64,000 nucleotides of DNA from Bugula neritina (Eukaryota > Animalia > Bryozoa). Shown here piece after piece: positions 12,554 to 22,369 of this stretch. The notes below the pieces were generated by a model, which did no database searches, was not told the DNA's origin, and saw nothing but the letters and a program-made list of their open reading frames with translations. Location of the stretch: assembly GCA_964035545.1 (NCBI GenBank), contig OZ037765.1, positions 11,852,698 through 11,916,697 on the forward strand. The letters are read 5' to 3'. The position numbers and the translations under genes are program-made. The stretch's first letter is position 1, and the number at the start of each line of letters is the position of its first letter.

Positions 12554-12902
12554 TGTGATAGATTGTGCCTTGGTTTTGTTGTTTGCTAAATAATGTTAAT
12601 TGAGGTCCGATGTTCGGAGTTCCGAGTTTCGGCTTGTCCGAAGATCGGTTCTCCCGATCTTCGGCCCTGCCGAATTTCGGAGCTACCGAACTTCGGACCA
12701 CACACACAAAAGATTCTTTGTTCTATGTTCTTTTGTTCGCTGTATATAAAAGCAGGCGAGTTACGGTGTAGAGGCAGTCTACTACTGGAGCTCGCCTGGA
12801 CAAGTTGATATTATTTTTCTACTATAATAAACATTTTGAACTCTACTATTTCAACCTATCTTGTTCTGCACTAAGTTACATTCAACCCACAAGTTTATCA
12901 CA
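12554..12902 (+). repeat. 5' LTR
   Basis: TATATAAAAG at 12743-12752, AATAAA at 12826-12831, TG...CA ends. Confidence 0.95.
12607..12696. promoter_or_regulatory. Array of six CCGA-N3-TCGG palindromes in U3 of the 5' LTR
   Basis: Starts at 12607, 12622, 12638, 12654, 12670, 12686, ending ~46 bp upstream of the TATA box. The structure is seen directly; regulatory function is inferred. Confidence 0.7.
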
Positions 12903-12903
12903 T

Positions 12904-12922
12904 TGGTGGCAGCGGTGGGATT
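12904..12922 (+). promoter_or_regulatory. Primer binding site, complementary to the tRNA-Leu 3' end
   Basis: TGGTGGCAGCGGTGGGATT one base after the LTR end. Confidence 0.85.
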
Positions 12923-12948
12923 CTGAATACTAGTGTAAGACGAACAAG

Positions 12949-15900
12949 ATGGCTCCAGGGGGTGAGGAGGCGACCCCTGGAGCAGCCGCGACACCAACCC
13001 TCACTGTGGAGGCTTTGGTGACAGCCCTCCGAGAGTTGCAGGGGACAGGGCAGGCGCCACCTGGTGACAGGTACCGCCTCAGTCCCCCGACTTTTGGAGG
13101 TGATGGGGATGTGGAGCAATTCATCCGGGAGTTCCAGGACGTGGCCACCATCGCTGAATGGCCAGTGCGGGTGCGCGTCCTCCAACTCCGGGCCTGTTTG
13201 ACAGGCCGGGCCAAGAGTTTCGCTCTGGGGCCCGATGAAGCACACATCTTACGTGCCCTAAGGGCCAGGTTTGGCGTGACGTCAGAAGAGGCGTCTGACC
13301 GCCTACAGGCCCTGAGAAGGGACAGGAGGACATCGTTGGAGGACCACGCCAACGTGGTGGAACGCTTGGCCCAGGCTGCTTTCAGCCATGCTACCGGAAC
13401 GGAAAGACAGCGCCTGGTGTACAACGCGTTTTTCCGGAGTATAAATCATCCTGACTTCCAACGCTATTGGATGGCTGGCAAGGTGGGCAGCCTGGACGAA
13501 GCTCTGGAAACGGGTAAAGCCTATTCCCAGGTAGAGGAGCTTCAAGGACCAAGATTCACCGCCCGCCAGGTGGTCGATGAGGAGACCACCATGCCTGCTA
13601 AACCTCAAGTAGCGGCCGCAGCAACTGAGTCATCAGAGCAGACTCAGCTCACCATGTTGGTAGACATGGTGAAGGGCCTGCAGGCTACAGTGACCGAGTT
13701 GCAACGAGGCCAGACGGGTAGAAGGCTCCCGGAGTGCGGGACGACCCTACCCGCCCCTCTCAACTCACCTGCTGGGGGTGCGGAGACACTGTCCGAAAGG
13801 CAATCTGCCTTTAAACAACCAGGGCTCACGGTAACTTCCGCCAACCGTGGGCCCCAAGCCAATCCCACCCGGGACAGGGCTCAGAGGAGGACTGAGAGGA
13901 CCTCGATGGAGCTTGCCGATACCGAGTGGCAAGCACCGCGGAGATCTCGGAGGCCGAAAGGTCAGCCCGATCCTCCCGCCATGCCACTCGAAGCCCGGGT
14001 GAAGTCAACAGACGTAGGATGGCAGGCACCTCGGAGATCTCGGAGACCGCAAGGTCTACCCGATCCTCCGGCCTGGCCACTCCAGAACCGGTTCGCGGGA
14101 TTGCCCGAGGAGGTTGTGGAGGAGGACTCAGCTTACTCGCAAGAGTACCCCAAGCTACCCTCCCAACCTCAGAAAACCCCCGTCGTCTCCAAGACGAAAA
14201 GGAGGCCCGCAGTGCGGACCCAAGTTGTGTCTCCCCCAGAGACTGACCGCTCCAGGAGCACCCAGCCGTACGGAAGAGGCTACTTCCTGCCCGGAAAAAT
14301 TTCGGGTAAAGCTGCCACATTCCTACTGGACACTGGGTGCACTACCAACCTGTTGAGTAGGCGTCTCTTCGACACTCTTGGTGCACGAGAGCGGGCGAGC
14401 CTTGAGCCGTATGAAGGTGCGCATGGTACGTTGGCGGACGGATCATGCATTCCTTTTTACGGCGTCATTTCACTGCCTGGACGCGTTCGTGATCAAGCGA
14501 TTCACGAGACGTTCATAGTCAGCCAGCTGAAGAAAGACGCCATCCTGGGAATGCCGTTTCTGGAGAAACACCAGTGTCGCATGGATTTCCAGAAGTCGGT
14601 GGTGGTGATGGCTGTAAAGGAACTTGTCTGTGTGGACAAGTTTGGCAGGCCCTTGGTGGGCGGAGTCCAGGTAGTGCGGGACTGCACAGTTCCGGGAAAA
14701 TCCAAGGCGACTCTCCGCTGCAGAGTCAACTGCAAGGAGATCGCCGGCCTGGGGGTGGTTGAAGGAACGCACGGAGCGATCCGACTAGCAAACAGCCTGA
14801 ATCGGCTAGACTGTCGGCAAGAGCTCCTCGTGCAGTGCATCAACCCCTTCACGGAACCTGTCCGATTATCGGCCGGAGCGATGGTGGGGAAGTACCACTC
14901 CATCCAGGAGACAGATGTGGGTCTGGCACTGGAAACAGTAACCGACACCCAGGGAAACCCCCCTCACACCCGCCGAGGAGCAGTCCCGGAGCACGTGGCT
15001 GACCTGTATAGTGGAGCATGTGGAAACTGCACGAGTAGTACTGAACGCCAAGTACTGGCTCAACTACTCGCGGAGTACAGTGAAGTCTTCAGCCGTGGCG
15101 ATGGAGACATGGGGCTGACCAAGGTTATTTCCCACGAGATACCCCTGGCAGCCGGCACCACTCCCATCAGGCAGCCCACCCGACGTCTAGGCCCAGAGAA
15201 GGAGGTGAGCCGACAGGTACAGGATCTTCTCGACCGGGATCTGATTGAGCCTGCCCACGGTGCGTGGAGCTCTCCCGTAGTCCTGGTCAAGAAGAAGGAT
15301 GGTAGCTGGAGATTCTGCGTGGACTACCGCAGACTCAACAGCGTTACCATCCAGGACGCCTACCCTCTCCCGCGGATAGATGAGTCTCTGGATGCCCTCG
15401 CGGGTAGCAAGTACTTCAGTACTTTGGACCTGCTTAGCGGGTACTGGCAAGTGCCCCTAAGTCCTGATGCCCAGGACAAAGCAGCGTTCATCACTCGCGA
15501 CAGGCTCTGGAAGTGGAAAGTACTGCCATTTGGACTGACGTCCGCCCCGGCAACTTTCCAACGGCTGATGGAGCAGGTCCTCAGTGGATTACACTGGAAG
15601 ACCCTCCTCATCTATCTAGATGATGTCATTGTCATCTCCTCAGACTTTTCGACTCATGTCAGTCGTCTGCGGGAGGTCTTTGACCGTCTCCGCGCAGCCG
15701 GACTGAAATTGAAGTCCTCTAAGTGTGCACTCCTGCAGCCGGAGGTCACGTACCTGGGCCATGTGGTTGGCCGCGACAGGGTCGCTACCGACCCGGAGAA
15801 GGTACAGGCTGTGAAGGAGTGGGCTGTCCCCCGCGACCTCCCTGAGTTGCGCGCATTCCTGGGCCTAGTAGGTTACTACCGGCAGTACATACCTGGGTTC

Positions 15901-16674
15901 GCAGGGGTGGCTCAGCCGTTAAATTGGCTGACCGCAAAGGGGGTCCGGTGGCAGTGGACACAGGAGGAGCAGCAGGCATTCGGCCACCTCAAGCAACGGC
16001 TAATGGAGGCGCCAATCCTGGCGTACCCTAATCCAGCTAAGGAGTACATCCTGGACACCGACGCCAGCGACCACAGTATGGGAGCTGTCCTGTCCCAAGT
16101 CCAGGGTGGAAGTGAGGTGGTTGTGGCTTACTACAGCAAGACTCTCGCGGCCGCCGAGAAGAACTACTGCACTACTAGGAAGGAGCTCCTAGCCGTAGTC
16201 AAGGCGGTCAAGCACTTCCGGCCATATTTGTATGGGAGAACGTTCCGATTGCGAACAGACCATGCATCATTGATATGGCTGTGTAAACGTGCGGAGCCTT
16301 CGAGCCAAAGAGCTCGTTGGCTGGAGATTCTTGCTGAGTTCTCCTACCGGATAGAACACCGTGCCGGCCCGAAGCACGGGAATGCCGACGGCATGAGTCG
16401 TCGGCCGGTTGAGGACTGTAAGCAATGCCTGCATATAGAGAGACGGGACGGGGGACCCGCTTGCCTTGACGTAGAGACAGAATTAGGGGAGGGCGCCGTC
16501 TATCGGTGGAAGCACGGCCATCTTCTGACCGAAACCCACTCTGACGACGTCCAGGCACTTCATGCCAACCCCACTCTGTATCAGAACGTCAAGGAACCGT
16601 GCCGACTCCAGGAGACGCTACCCGGCGCGGTAGCAGACATTTTTCTGGGCCAAGAGGGAGGGCCGACGACCTAG
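12949..16674 (+). CDS. Gypsy Gag + protease + reverse transcriptase + RNase H (open in this copy until a frameshift near 16640)
   Basis: FLLDTGC (aspartic protease), WRFCVDYRRLN, LPFGL, YLDDVIV (RT), ILDTDAS and HGNADGMSR (RNase H). Confidence 0.93.
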   Translation: MAPGGEEATPGAAATPTLTVEALVTALRELQGTGQAPPGDRYRLSPPTFGGDGDVEQFIREFQDVATIAEWPVRVRVLQLRACLTGRAKSFALGPDEAHILRALRARFGVTSEEASDRLQALRRDRRTSLEDHANVVERLAQAAFSHATGTERQRLVYNAFFRSINHPDFQRYWMAGKVGSLDEALETGKAYSQVEELQGPRFTARQVVDEETTMPAKPQVAAAATESSEQTQLTMLVDMVKGLQATVTELQRGQTGRRLPECGTTLPAPLNSPAGGAETLSERQSAFKQPGLTVTSANRGPQANPTRDRAQRRTERTSMELADTEWQAPRRSRRPKGQPDPPAMPLEARVKSTDVGWQAPRRSRRPQGLPDPPAWPLQNRFAGLPEEVVEEDSAYSQEYPKLPSQPQKTPVVSKTKRRPAVRTQVVSPPETDRSRSTQPYGRGYFLPGKISGKAATFLLDTGCTTNLLSRRLFDTLGARERASLEPYEGAHGTLADGSCIPFYGVISLPGRVRDQAIHETFIVSQLKKDAILGMPFLEKHQCRMDFQKSVVVMAVKELVCVDKFGRPLVGGVQVVRDCTVPGKSKATLRCRVNCKEIAGLGVVEGTHGAIRLANSLNRLDCRQELLVQCINPFTEPVRLSAGAMVGKYHSIQETDVGLALETVTDTQGNPPHTRRGAVPEHVADLYSGACGNCTSSTERQVLAQLLAEYSEVFSRGDGDMGLTKVISHEIPLAAGTTPIRQPTRRLGPEKEVSRQVQDLLDRDLIEPAHGAWSSPVVLVKKKDGSWRFCVDYRRLNSVTIQDAYPLPRIDESLDALAGSKYFSTLDLLSGYWQVPLSPDAQDKAAFITRDRLWKWKVLPFGLTSAPATFQRLMEQVLSGLHWKTLLIYLDDVIVISSDFSTHVSRLREVFDRLRAAGLKLKSSKCALLQPEVTYLGHVVGRDRVATDPEKVQAVKEWAVPRDLPELRAFLGLVGYYRQYIPGFAGVAQPLNWLTAKGVRWQWTQEEQQAFGHLKQRLMEAPILAYPNPAKEYILDTDASDHSMGAVLSQVQGGSEVVVAYYSKTLAAAEKNYCTTRKELLAVVKAVKHFRPYLYGRTFRLRTDHASLIWLCKRAEPSSQRARWLEILAEFSYRIEHRAGPKHGNADGMSRRPVEDCKQCLHIERRDGGPACLDVETELGEGAVYRWKHGHLLTETHSDDVQALHANPTLYQNVKEPCRLQETLPGAVADIFLGQEGGPTT

Positions 16675-18267
16675 CGAGGAACAGCAGCGGCAGGGAGACG
16701 TTGAGTTCCAACTCCTCTGTCGTCGCTGGGATGCCCTCAAGGTCAGTCCTGATGGCCTCCTGATGATAACGTTAGCAGCAGACAACCGTCAGCAGGAGAG
16801 GGACCGCGTCGTCTGTCCACGCGCCCTCCAACAGGAGCTGATCTGGGACACCCATAAGCAGGCTCATTCTGGAGTCAGTCGGGTCATCAGGTGTCTGCGG
16901 CTGCGTTGGTATTGGCCCGGAATGACTCGGGACGTACGACTGCGGGTACGGCAATGCGCGGTCTGCCAAGCTAGCAAGCATGGCCGCCCCACGGAAACCA
17001 CTGGTCGACGCCGGCTATACGCTGGTCGACCGTGGCAAGTAGTGGCGGTAGACCTCGTCGGGCCTATGCCGTTATCCGCCAGAGGGAACACCTGGATACT
17101 GGTGCTCACGGATCACTTTACCCGGTGGGAAGATGCTCTGGCTATTCCAGACGCAACAGCCCCCACAATGGCCCGGACCCTGGACCAACATGTGTTCTGT
17201 TACCTCGGTTTACCCGAGCAGATACATACAGACCAGGGTGCCCAGTTCCAGTCCCAGCTCATGGGAGACTTCTGCCGGATATGGGGGGTGAACTAGAGTC
17301 GGACCACCCTATATCACCCGCAAGGGAACGAAGTCGTCGAGCGGAACAACAGGATGTTGGGTGACGCCCTCAGGAGCCTGCTCCTTGGTCGAGGTCAGGA
17401 AGAATGGGACAGGGTGCTGCCGCAAATCATGCGGGCTTACCGCAGCACACCACACACCACCACACAGGAGACCCAAAACTTCCTGATGCTAGGCCGGGAA
17501 ACGCGGGTTCCGGAACACCTGACATACCCTGTTCCCGCCCCCGAGTCGCCGGTACATGAGTACGTAGAGAGACTGATAGAGATCATGGGTAAAGCCCATG
17601 ACGCACTGCGGGCCCAGCAGTGGCAGATCCGCACGGAGGAGTCAGAAGAGCCCCATTGTATCAGGTGGGAGACTGGGTCTGGATGGTGATCCATCGTAGG
17701 CGACACGGACAGTCGGCTAAACTTCAGCCCAAGTTCGTAGGTCCCTACTGCGTTGTGGAGGTGCTGGCCAACCACACATACCGTGTGGAGCGCTCTGGAC
17801 AGGTCTCAGTTCAGAGCGAACAGCGCCTGAAACCATACCATGCCAGCCCAGACGCGGTGGGTCAGGCTCCACCCCTCCTGGAGCCAAACCGCCAGCCTAA
17901 CCAGCGGGGGAGGGTCACCCGACCCCGGGAGGTGGAAATTGTCATCCGAAGGGAGGCAGAGCAAGAGCAGGCTGCCCTACGAGAACAGTTGGAACAACAA
18001 CAAAGGCAGGAGCAGCAGCAGCAACACGCCCCAGAGCCGCCGCCCCTCTTGGGGGAGGACACCCCCACCCGTATTACGGGTGAAGGCGGGGACCCTCCTA
18101 CTGTGGCAACTCAAGAGCAGCTGGCACCACCAGCACTTGCACCGCCAGAAAGGAGCCAGAGAGTGAGGAAACCACCCAGATATCTGGCAGACTATCACAT
18201 AGGACACCTAGGGTTGCCCCCCCCCCAAGTGGGAATCCATCTGTCCAGGGCCATTATTCCTCCTTAG
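16675..18267 (+). pseudogene. Gypsy integrase, disrupted (TAG at 17294-17296, frameshift near 17650)
   Basis: HHCC zinc motif (HKQAHSG...CAVCQ), AVDLVGP, IHTDQG, VERNNR, GPY motif (PKFVGPY). Confidence 0.9.
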
Positions 18268-18340
18268 TAAATTCCTCCAACATGCTGGAGATTCACTACA
18301 AAAAGAAACAGTTGCAAACCGAAATTCGGAGGGCACGCGA

Positions 18341-19741
18341 TTGTCCGAGTTGTCCCTTCAAAACTCGATGGGAATTCCCCACGATCGCGTAGCAGGTAAA
18401 AATATTGAAACACGAGGCTCGGCCATTTGCACTGCTACTAACCCACGGGTAACACGCGATTTTAAAGCTGAACATTATAATCGAATTGATAACAAAGTGG
18501 ATATGGGTATTACTCTTCCCGGTAACAACACTACGAACACAGGTATTTCATTAGAGTCAGAGCCTCCCGTACCGGAGTCTGACTCAACTGTAATTAATTG
18601 GGCTAGTTTAGATTTGTTGGAATCTAATTTATTAACGGAGGAAGTCGATGTGGGTTTTGAAGAAGACTCTCTAAATGAGTTTTTATTAGACCAGGACATA
18701 GGGTCAGTCACTCTCCATGACTCACCTCGGCTCCCTACCACCCACAAAGTAGCCTATAAGGCGATGCCGAATTTCGGCGACGGCAAGACCGGCCTTACTC
18801 GGCCTCTGCTGTCTATTGTAGACACTGCAATGGAGTGTGATGAGGTGGAAGTCAGTCGAGTCGACTCCCCCCCTCCACCAGCCCCCGTGACGGCTCCTTG
18901 CAGCCCGCGGGTCGCCACAGACCGGACTGAGGTGCTATCCACCATCAAAAGTGACCCTGTCGCCAACCCAGTTGAGATACAATTAGCCGCCGGGGAGGAA
19001 CAGGGAATACTAGGCGGTGTGCCCTCCTCTACTCAAGCTGAAGACGGTGACACCCCCACCTTGGCTCTACCCCAGGCACTGGTTGCCCGCCAGTCCTGGG
19101 TCTCTCACGACACTAATCAGAAGATTAGTGAAGCATGCGGGGCAGCGGGCAACCGCATCTGCCGGCAATGTCGGAGAAAATTCTCCTCTACCCGGCGGTT
19201 GCGTGTTCACGCCCCACAACACTTCATCAACGTATTCTGCCCTTGCGGCGAATACTCCTACCAGCGGGATTATGTGCTGCGCCACCAGCGCATCTCGCGC
19301 TGCCACCCAGGTCACGTGTTCGCCGTGGATCAGGCCACGTTTCCGGAGTTCCGGGACCTCATCCTGCCGCACGTCGCGGACCCCCACAAGCGTGCCACCC
19401 TCGGCCAGGGGTTCCCGCCATGCAGAGCAATTCGGGAAGAAGATGGAGAACCCGCCGCCGCCCTCCAACCAGCAGCCACCCAGCCTCTTCGGGTCATGCT
19501 GACAAGGGTCGGTGATGGTGCCAGACCCGGTACATCGGACCGGGACCCCCGCCCCTCGGCGGCGAGCAGACACCACCCGGAGCGCAGCACACTCCGCTCC
19601 CAACCGCAACTAGAAGAGGAGGTGCGCCACTTACGGCGCCGCGTGGCACGGTGTGAGGAAGATCTAACGCAATTACGACGGCGAATGATCCGGCTGGAAC
19701 GACGTCAGACCGACAACGATGATGGAACATGGAGGGAGTGA
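18341..19741 (+). CDS. Accessory ORF of the Gypsy element: acidic/Pro-rich region, tandem zinc fingers, C-terminal coiled coil (possibly a Pol extension)
   Basis: 466 open codons. CRQCRRKFSSTRRLRVHAPQH (C2H2) followed by CPCGEYSYQRDYVLRHQRISRCH; heptads LEEEVRHLRRRVARCEEDLTQLRRRMIRLE. No signal peptide or TM segment; first ATG at 18368. Confidence 0.75.
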   Translation: MSELSLQNSMGIPHDRVAGKNIETRGSAICTATNPRVTRDFKAEHYNRIDNKVDMGITLPGNNTTNTGISLESEPPVPESDSTVINWASLDLLESNLLTEEVDVGFEEDSLNEFLLDQDIGSVTLHDSPRLPTTHKVAYKAMPNFGDGKTGLTRPLLSIVDTAMECDEVEVSRVDSPPPPAPVTAPCSPRVATDRTEVLSTIKSDPVANPVEIQLAAGEEQGILGGVPSSTQAEDGDTPTLALPQALVARQSWVSHDTNQKISEACGAAGNRICRQCRRKFSSTRRLRVHAPQHFINVFCPCGEYSYQRDYVLRHQRISRCHPGHVFAVDQATFPEFRDLILPHVADPHKRATLGQGFPPCRAIREEDGEPAAALQPAATQPLRVMLTRVGDGARPGTSDRDPRPSAASRHHPERSTLRSQPQLEEEVRHLRRRVARCEEDLTQLRRRMIRLERRQTDNDDGTWRE

Positions 19742-19949
19742 GACCCCGTATCTCCCCGACTGGTGGCATGACATTTCTCTGTTATACATATTCATAGTCC
19801 CTTATACTATGTACTTGGTGTTTTGTTTTGTTTTGTTTTTTTTTGTTTCTCTCTTTCTTTTTTTTGTTATGTTTATTGTTGGTCTCATTGTTATTATATG
19901 TTATTATTCGCTCTCGTATCGGAAAGCACGCTTTCCGATAGGGGGTGTG

Positions 19950-20298
19950 TGTGATAGATTGTGCCTTGGTTTTGTTGTTTGCTAAATAATGTTAATTGAG
20001 GTCCGATGTTCGGAGTTCCGAGTTTCGGCTTGTCCAAAGATCGGTCCTCCCGATCTTCGGCCCTGCCGAATTTCGGAGCTACCGAACTTCGGACCACACA
20101 CACAAAAGATTCTTTGTTCTATGTTCTTTTGTTCGCTGTATATAAAAGCAGGCGAGTTACGGTGTAGAAGCAGTCTACCACTGGAGCTCGCCTGGACAAG
20201 TTGATATTATTTTTCTACTATAATAAACATTTTGAACTCTACTATTTCAACCTATCTTGTTCTGCACTAAGTTACATTCAACCCACAAGTTTATCACA
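19950..20298 (+). repeat. 3' LTR
   Basis: Direct copy of 12554-12902 (offset 7396); the third palindrome is mutated (CCAA). Confidence 0.95.
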
Positions 20299-20539
20299 CA
20301 TGGTTATTAGAAATAAGGGCAGGCAAAGCCTGTCTGACCGTTATACTACTACTACTTCAAAACCTGTTGGTACACCAGAGAGAGTATTCTTTGAACCGGT
20401 GCCTGTGCATCAAGAAAGCAAGGTACAGAAAGTTAAAGATAAACACCATTACCCTGAAATCTCATTGTTATTACTATTTTTTTCATTACTCCAATTAATT
20501 ATTGGATATAAAAGCAAAAACAAAAATTGAGATATTTTA

Positions 20540-20800
20540 AACAGAAGAAAACAGACTAGAAGAACTAGCTATATCCATCCTATAAATACGCAACAGGAAG
20601 CCCTGGGATTATTCAACAACCTAATTCAGGAACTAAAATGATGGTGAGAGTTTTTTAGTATTTCCAGTTGAAAATTTCAATTATTAACTTTGGTTGCTAC
20701 AGTGATACGAAAAAGATACGTTTCTGAGATCTGCTATCAAACGTGATATTAAACTAGCGGTAACACTGCACCACTTAACAGAAAAGGCAAGTTTGACATC
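20540..20800 (+). pseudogene. Harbinger transposase fragment (copy 2)
   Basis: Similar to 28480-28760 and 11800-11900 (..atctgctatcaaac..attaaactagc..acactgcaccactta..). Confidence 0.6.
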
Positions 20801-20879
20801 ATAATGCTTTTTTTAAATAATACAGTTTGAAAATTGGAAATGATACGGCCCAGTCGGGTGTGAGCTGAACTAGGTCAAG

Positions 20880-22310
20880 AATAACTTAATGTAAATTTGG
20901 GCAATTCTAGATTAAAGATATTTGGTACAGAGGGCGAGAAGTAGTAGATTGCCGGAAAATGTGCCTCTTAAGGAATTAGTTGTGGATGGCCAGTTTGCCA
21001 GCACATTAGGGGACAACTCTGCGCCATTTTTATTGGCTGACAACAAAAACAATGAATGATAATATTGCTTTCATCGAAAACATGCTTGCAACAGCTCACC
21101 AACGCAGAAGCTTGGTATACGGATGGGAACTTTGACATTTCCCCTTAGTTTTAACAAGTGGTATAGCTATACAAAAATATATGAACTGCGAAATATGCAA
21201 ATTTCAAAGTTGTTTTTTTATTAATGTAAAGATGTGGTTGTTTTAGGTGTACATAATAAGAGTGCCAATAGAGCATGGCTGGAGAACAGGTATTTATGCG
21301 CTCTTACAAAGAAAAACGCAACAGTTATACGTGGAAATGCTGTGTATGGTGGTTGACGGGTGCAACAGAAGCAGGCACCATGCACCCCAGCCAAAGAATA
21401 TACACTGTGATTTTGAGACCGCAGTACAACAGGCTCAATAAAAGGTGATGCCATTTGCAATAATAAGAGGTTACTTTTATCCCTTGTGTCAGGTAAGCTA
21501 TACAACTAGTATTTTTGATAAAGAGCAACAAAGTTTGCAAGTAAATGTTAATTGTAGGGTTTTTTGTTACACATTTTTGCAGCATGCATGCGTGTCCTAA
21601 GTGTTATAAAGCAGCTGCTCCTATATTTATTTTGTAAAAGTATCCTAAAATGCTTATTAAACCACATCCTGTGAACTCAGCACAAAGTTTCTAGCAATAA
21701 TAAATTTAATTTGAACGATATAGTGGTAAAATGCAAAACACAACATAACTGGCAAATACTTTGAAATACTAAATGTTCAGCTTTTATTTGTAGAGCACGT
21801 GGTGAAAAATGCAACAGCTAGGACTGGCAGCAGCCTATCAACAAGATATCCAGTTTAAAAGATATGTTGGCAGTTTGGATGGGTTAGCATTTTTGCCATT
21901 GGCAGATGTGAGACAAGGAAGGGCTCGTTTGACACCAAACACTCCACAAGGTAGCGGTAATGGGAACTATCTCTTGTCAAATGCTTGTCAATATTTTTAT
22001 ATAACAAAATGAGATCATGAAAGTACTAATATTATCTAATGGGTCTGGAATACAATGAACTATGATGCATATACTATATGATATACAAACTGCATGCTTG
22101 TTGTATACCAGTAAATATTTAATCTTAAATTGAATTATTGTTAATAACTTCAGAGCTTAAAGAGCTGGTGGAATATTTTGAGAGTATATGTCACTGGTAA
22201 ACGCTGCGCTGCCAGGATACCAGCACATGCAATCACCAATATTAGAATGTTTCAGCCGATGTTTCCGCCAAAAGTTTGGATTGTATGTAACCAACTACAA
22301 AGAACCAAAT
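20880..22310 (+). pseudogene. Intron-containing MULE/Mutator transposase remnant (copy 1)
   Basis: WYTDGNF, IYALLQRKTQQLY, IHCDFETAV, MQQLGLAAAYQQD...LAFLPLADV, ELVEYFESIY; pieces separated by gtaag...tag introns (e.g. ~21493-21793). Confidence 0.75.
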
Positions 22311-22369
22311 CTGACAAATCGTAATAACACCACTATTAAGCAGGCTGGACTGTTTCAGTAGAGAAGGCT

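Larger units (their letters stand above)
12554..20298 (+). mobile_element. Full-length Ty3/Gypsy LTR retrotransposon (recent, mutated)
   Basis: 349-bp LTRs 12554-12902 and 19950-20298 (TGTGATA...TATCACA, about 4 substitutions seen by eye), TSD CATG (12550-12553 and 20299-20302), PBS, G-rich PPT at ~19939-19945, domain order PR-RT-RH-IN, GC content far above the host. Confidence 0.97.

Noticed and set aside
12607-12696. CRISPR-like array
   Set aside because: Units are 11-bp palindromes with 4-5-bp linkers inside a eukaryotic LTR; no spacer-length unique sequences and no cas genes.
18341-19741. env gene
   Set aside because: No signal peptide or transmembrane anchor.
12898-19769. Numerous minus-strand and off-frame ORFs in the Gypsy element
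   Set aside because: Expected shadow ORFs of GC-rich coding DNA; no recognisable motifs.
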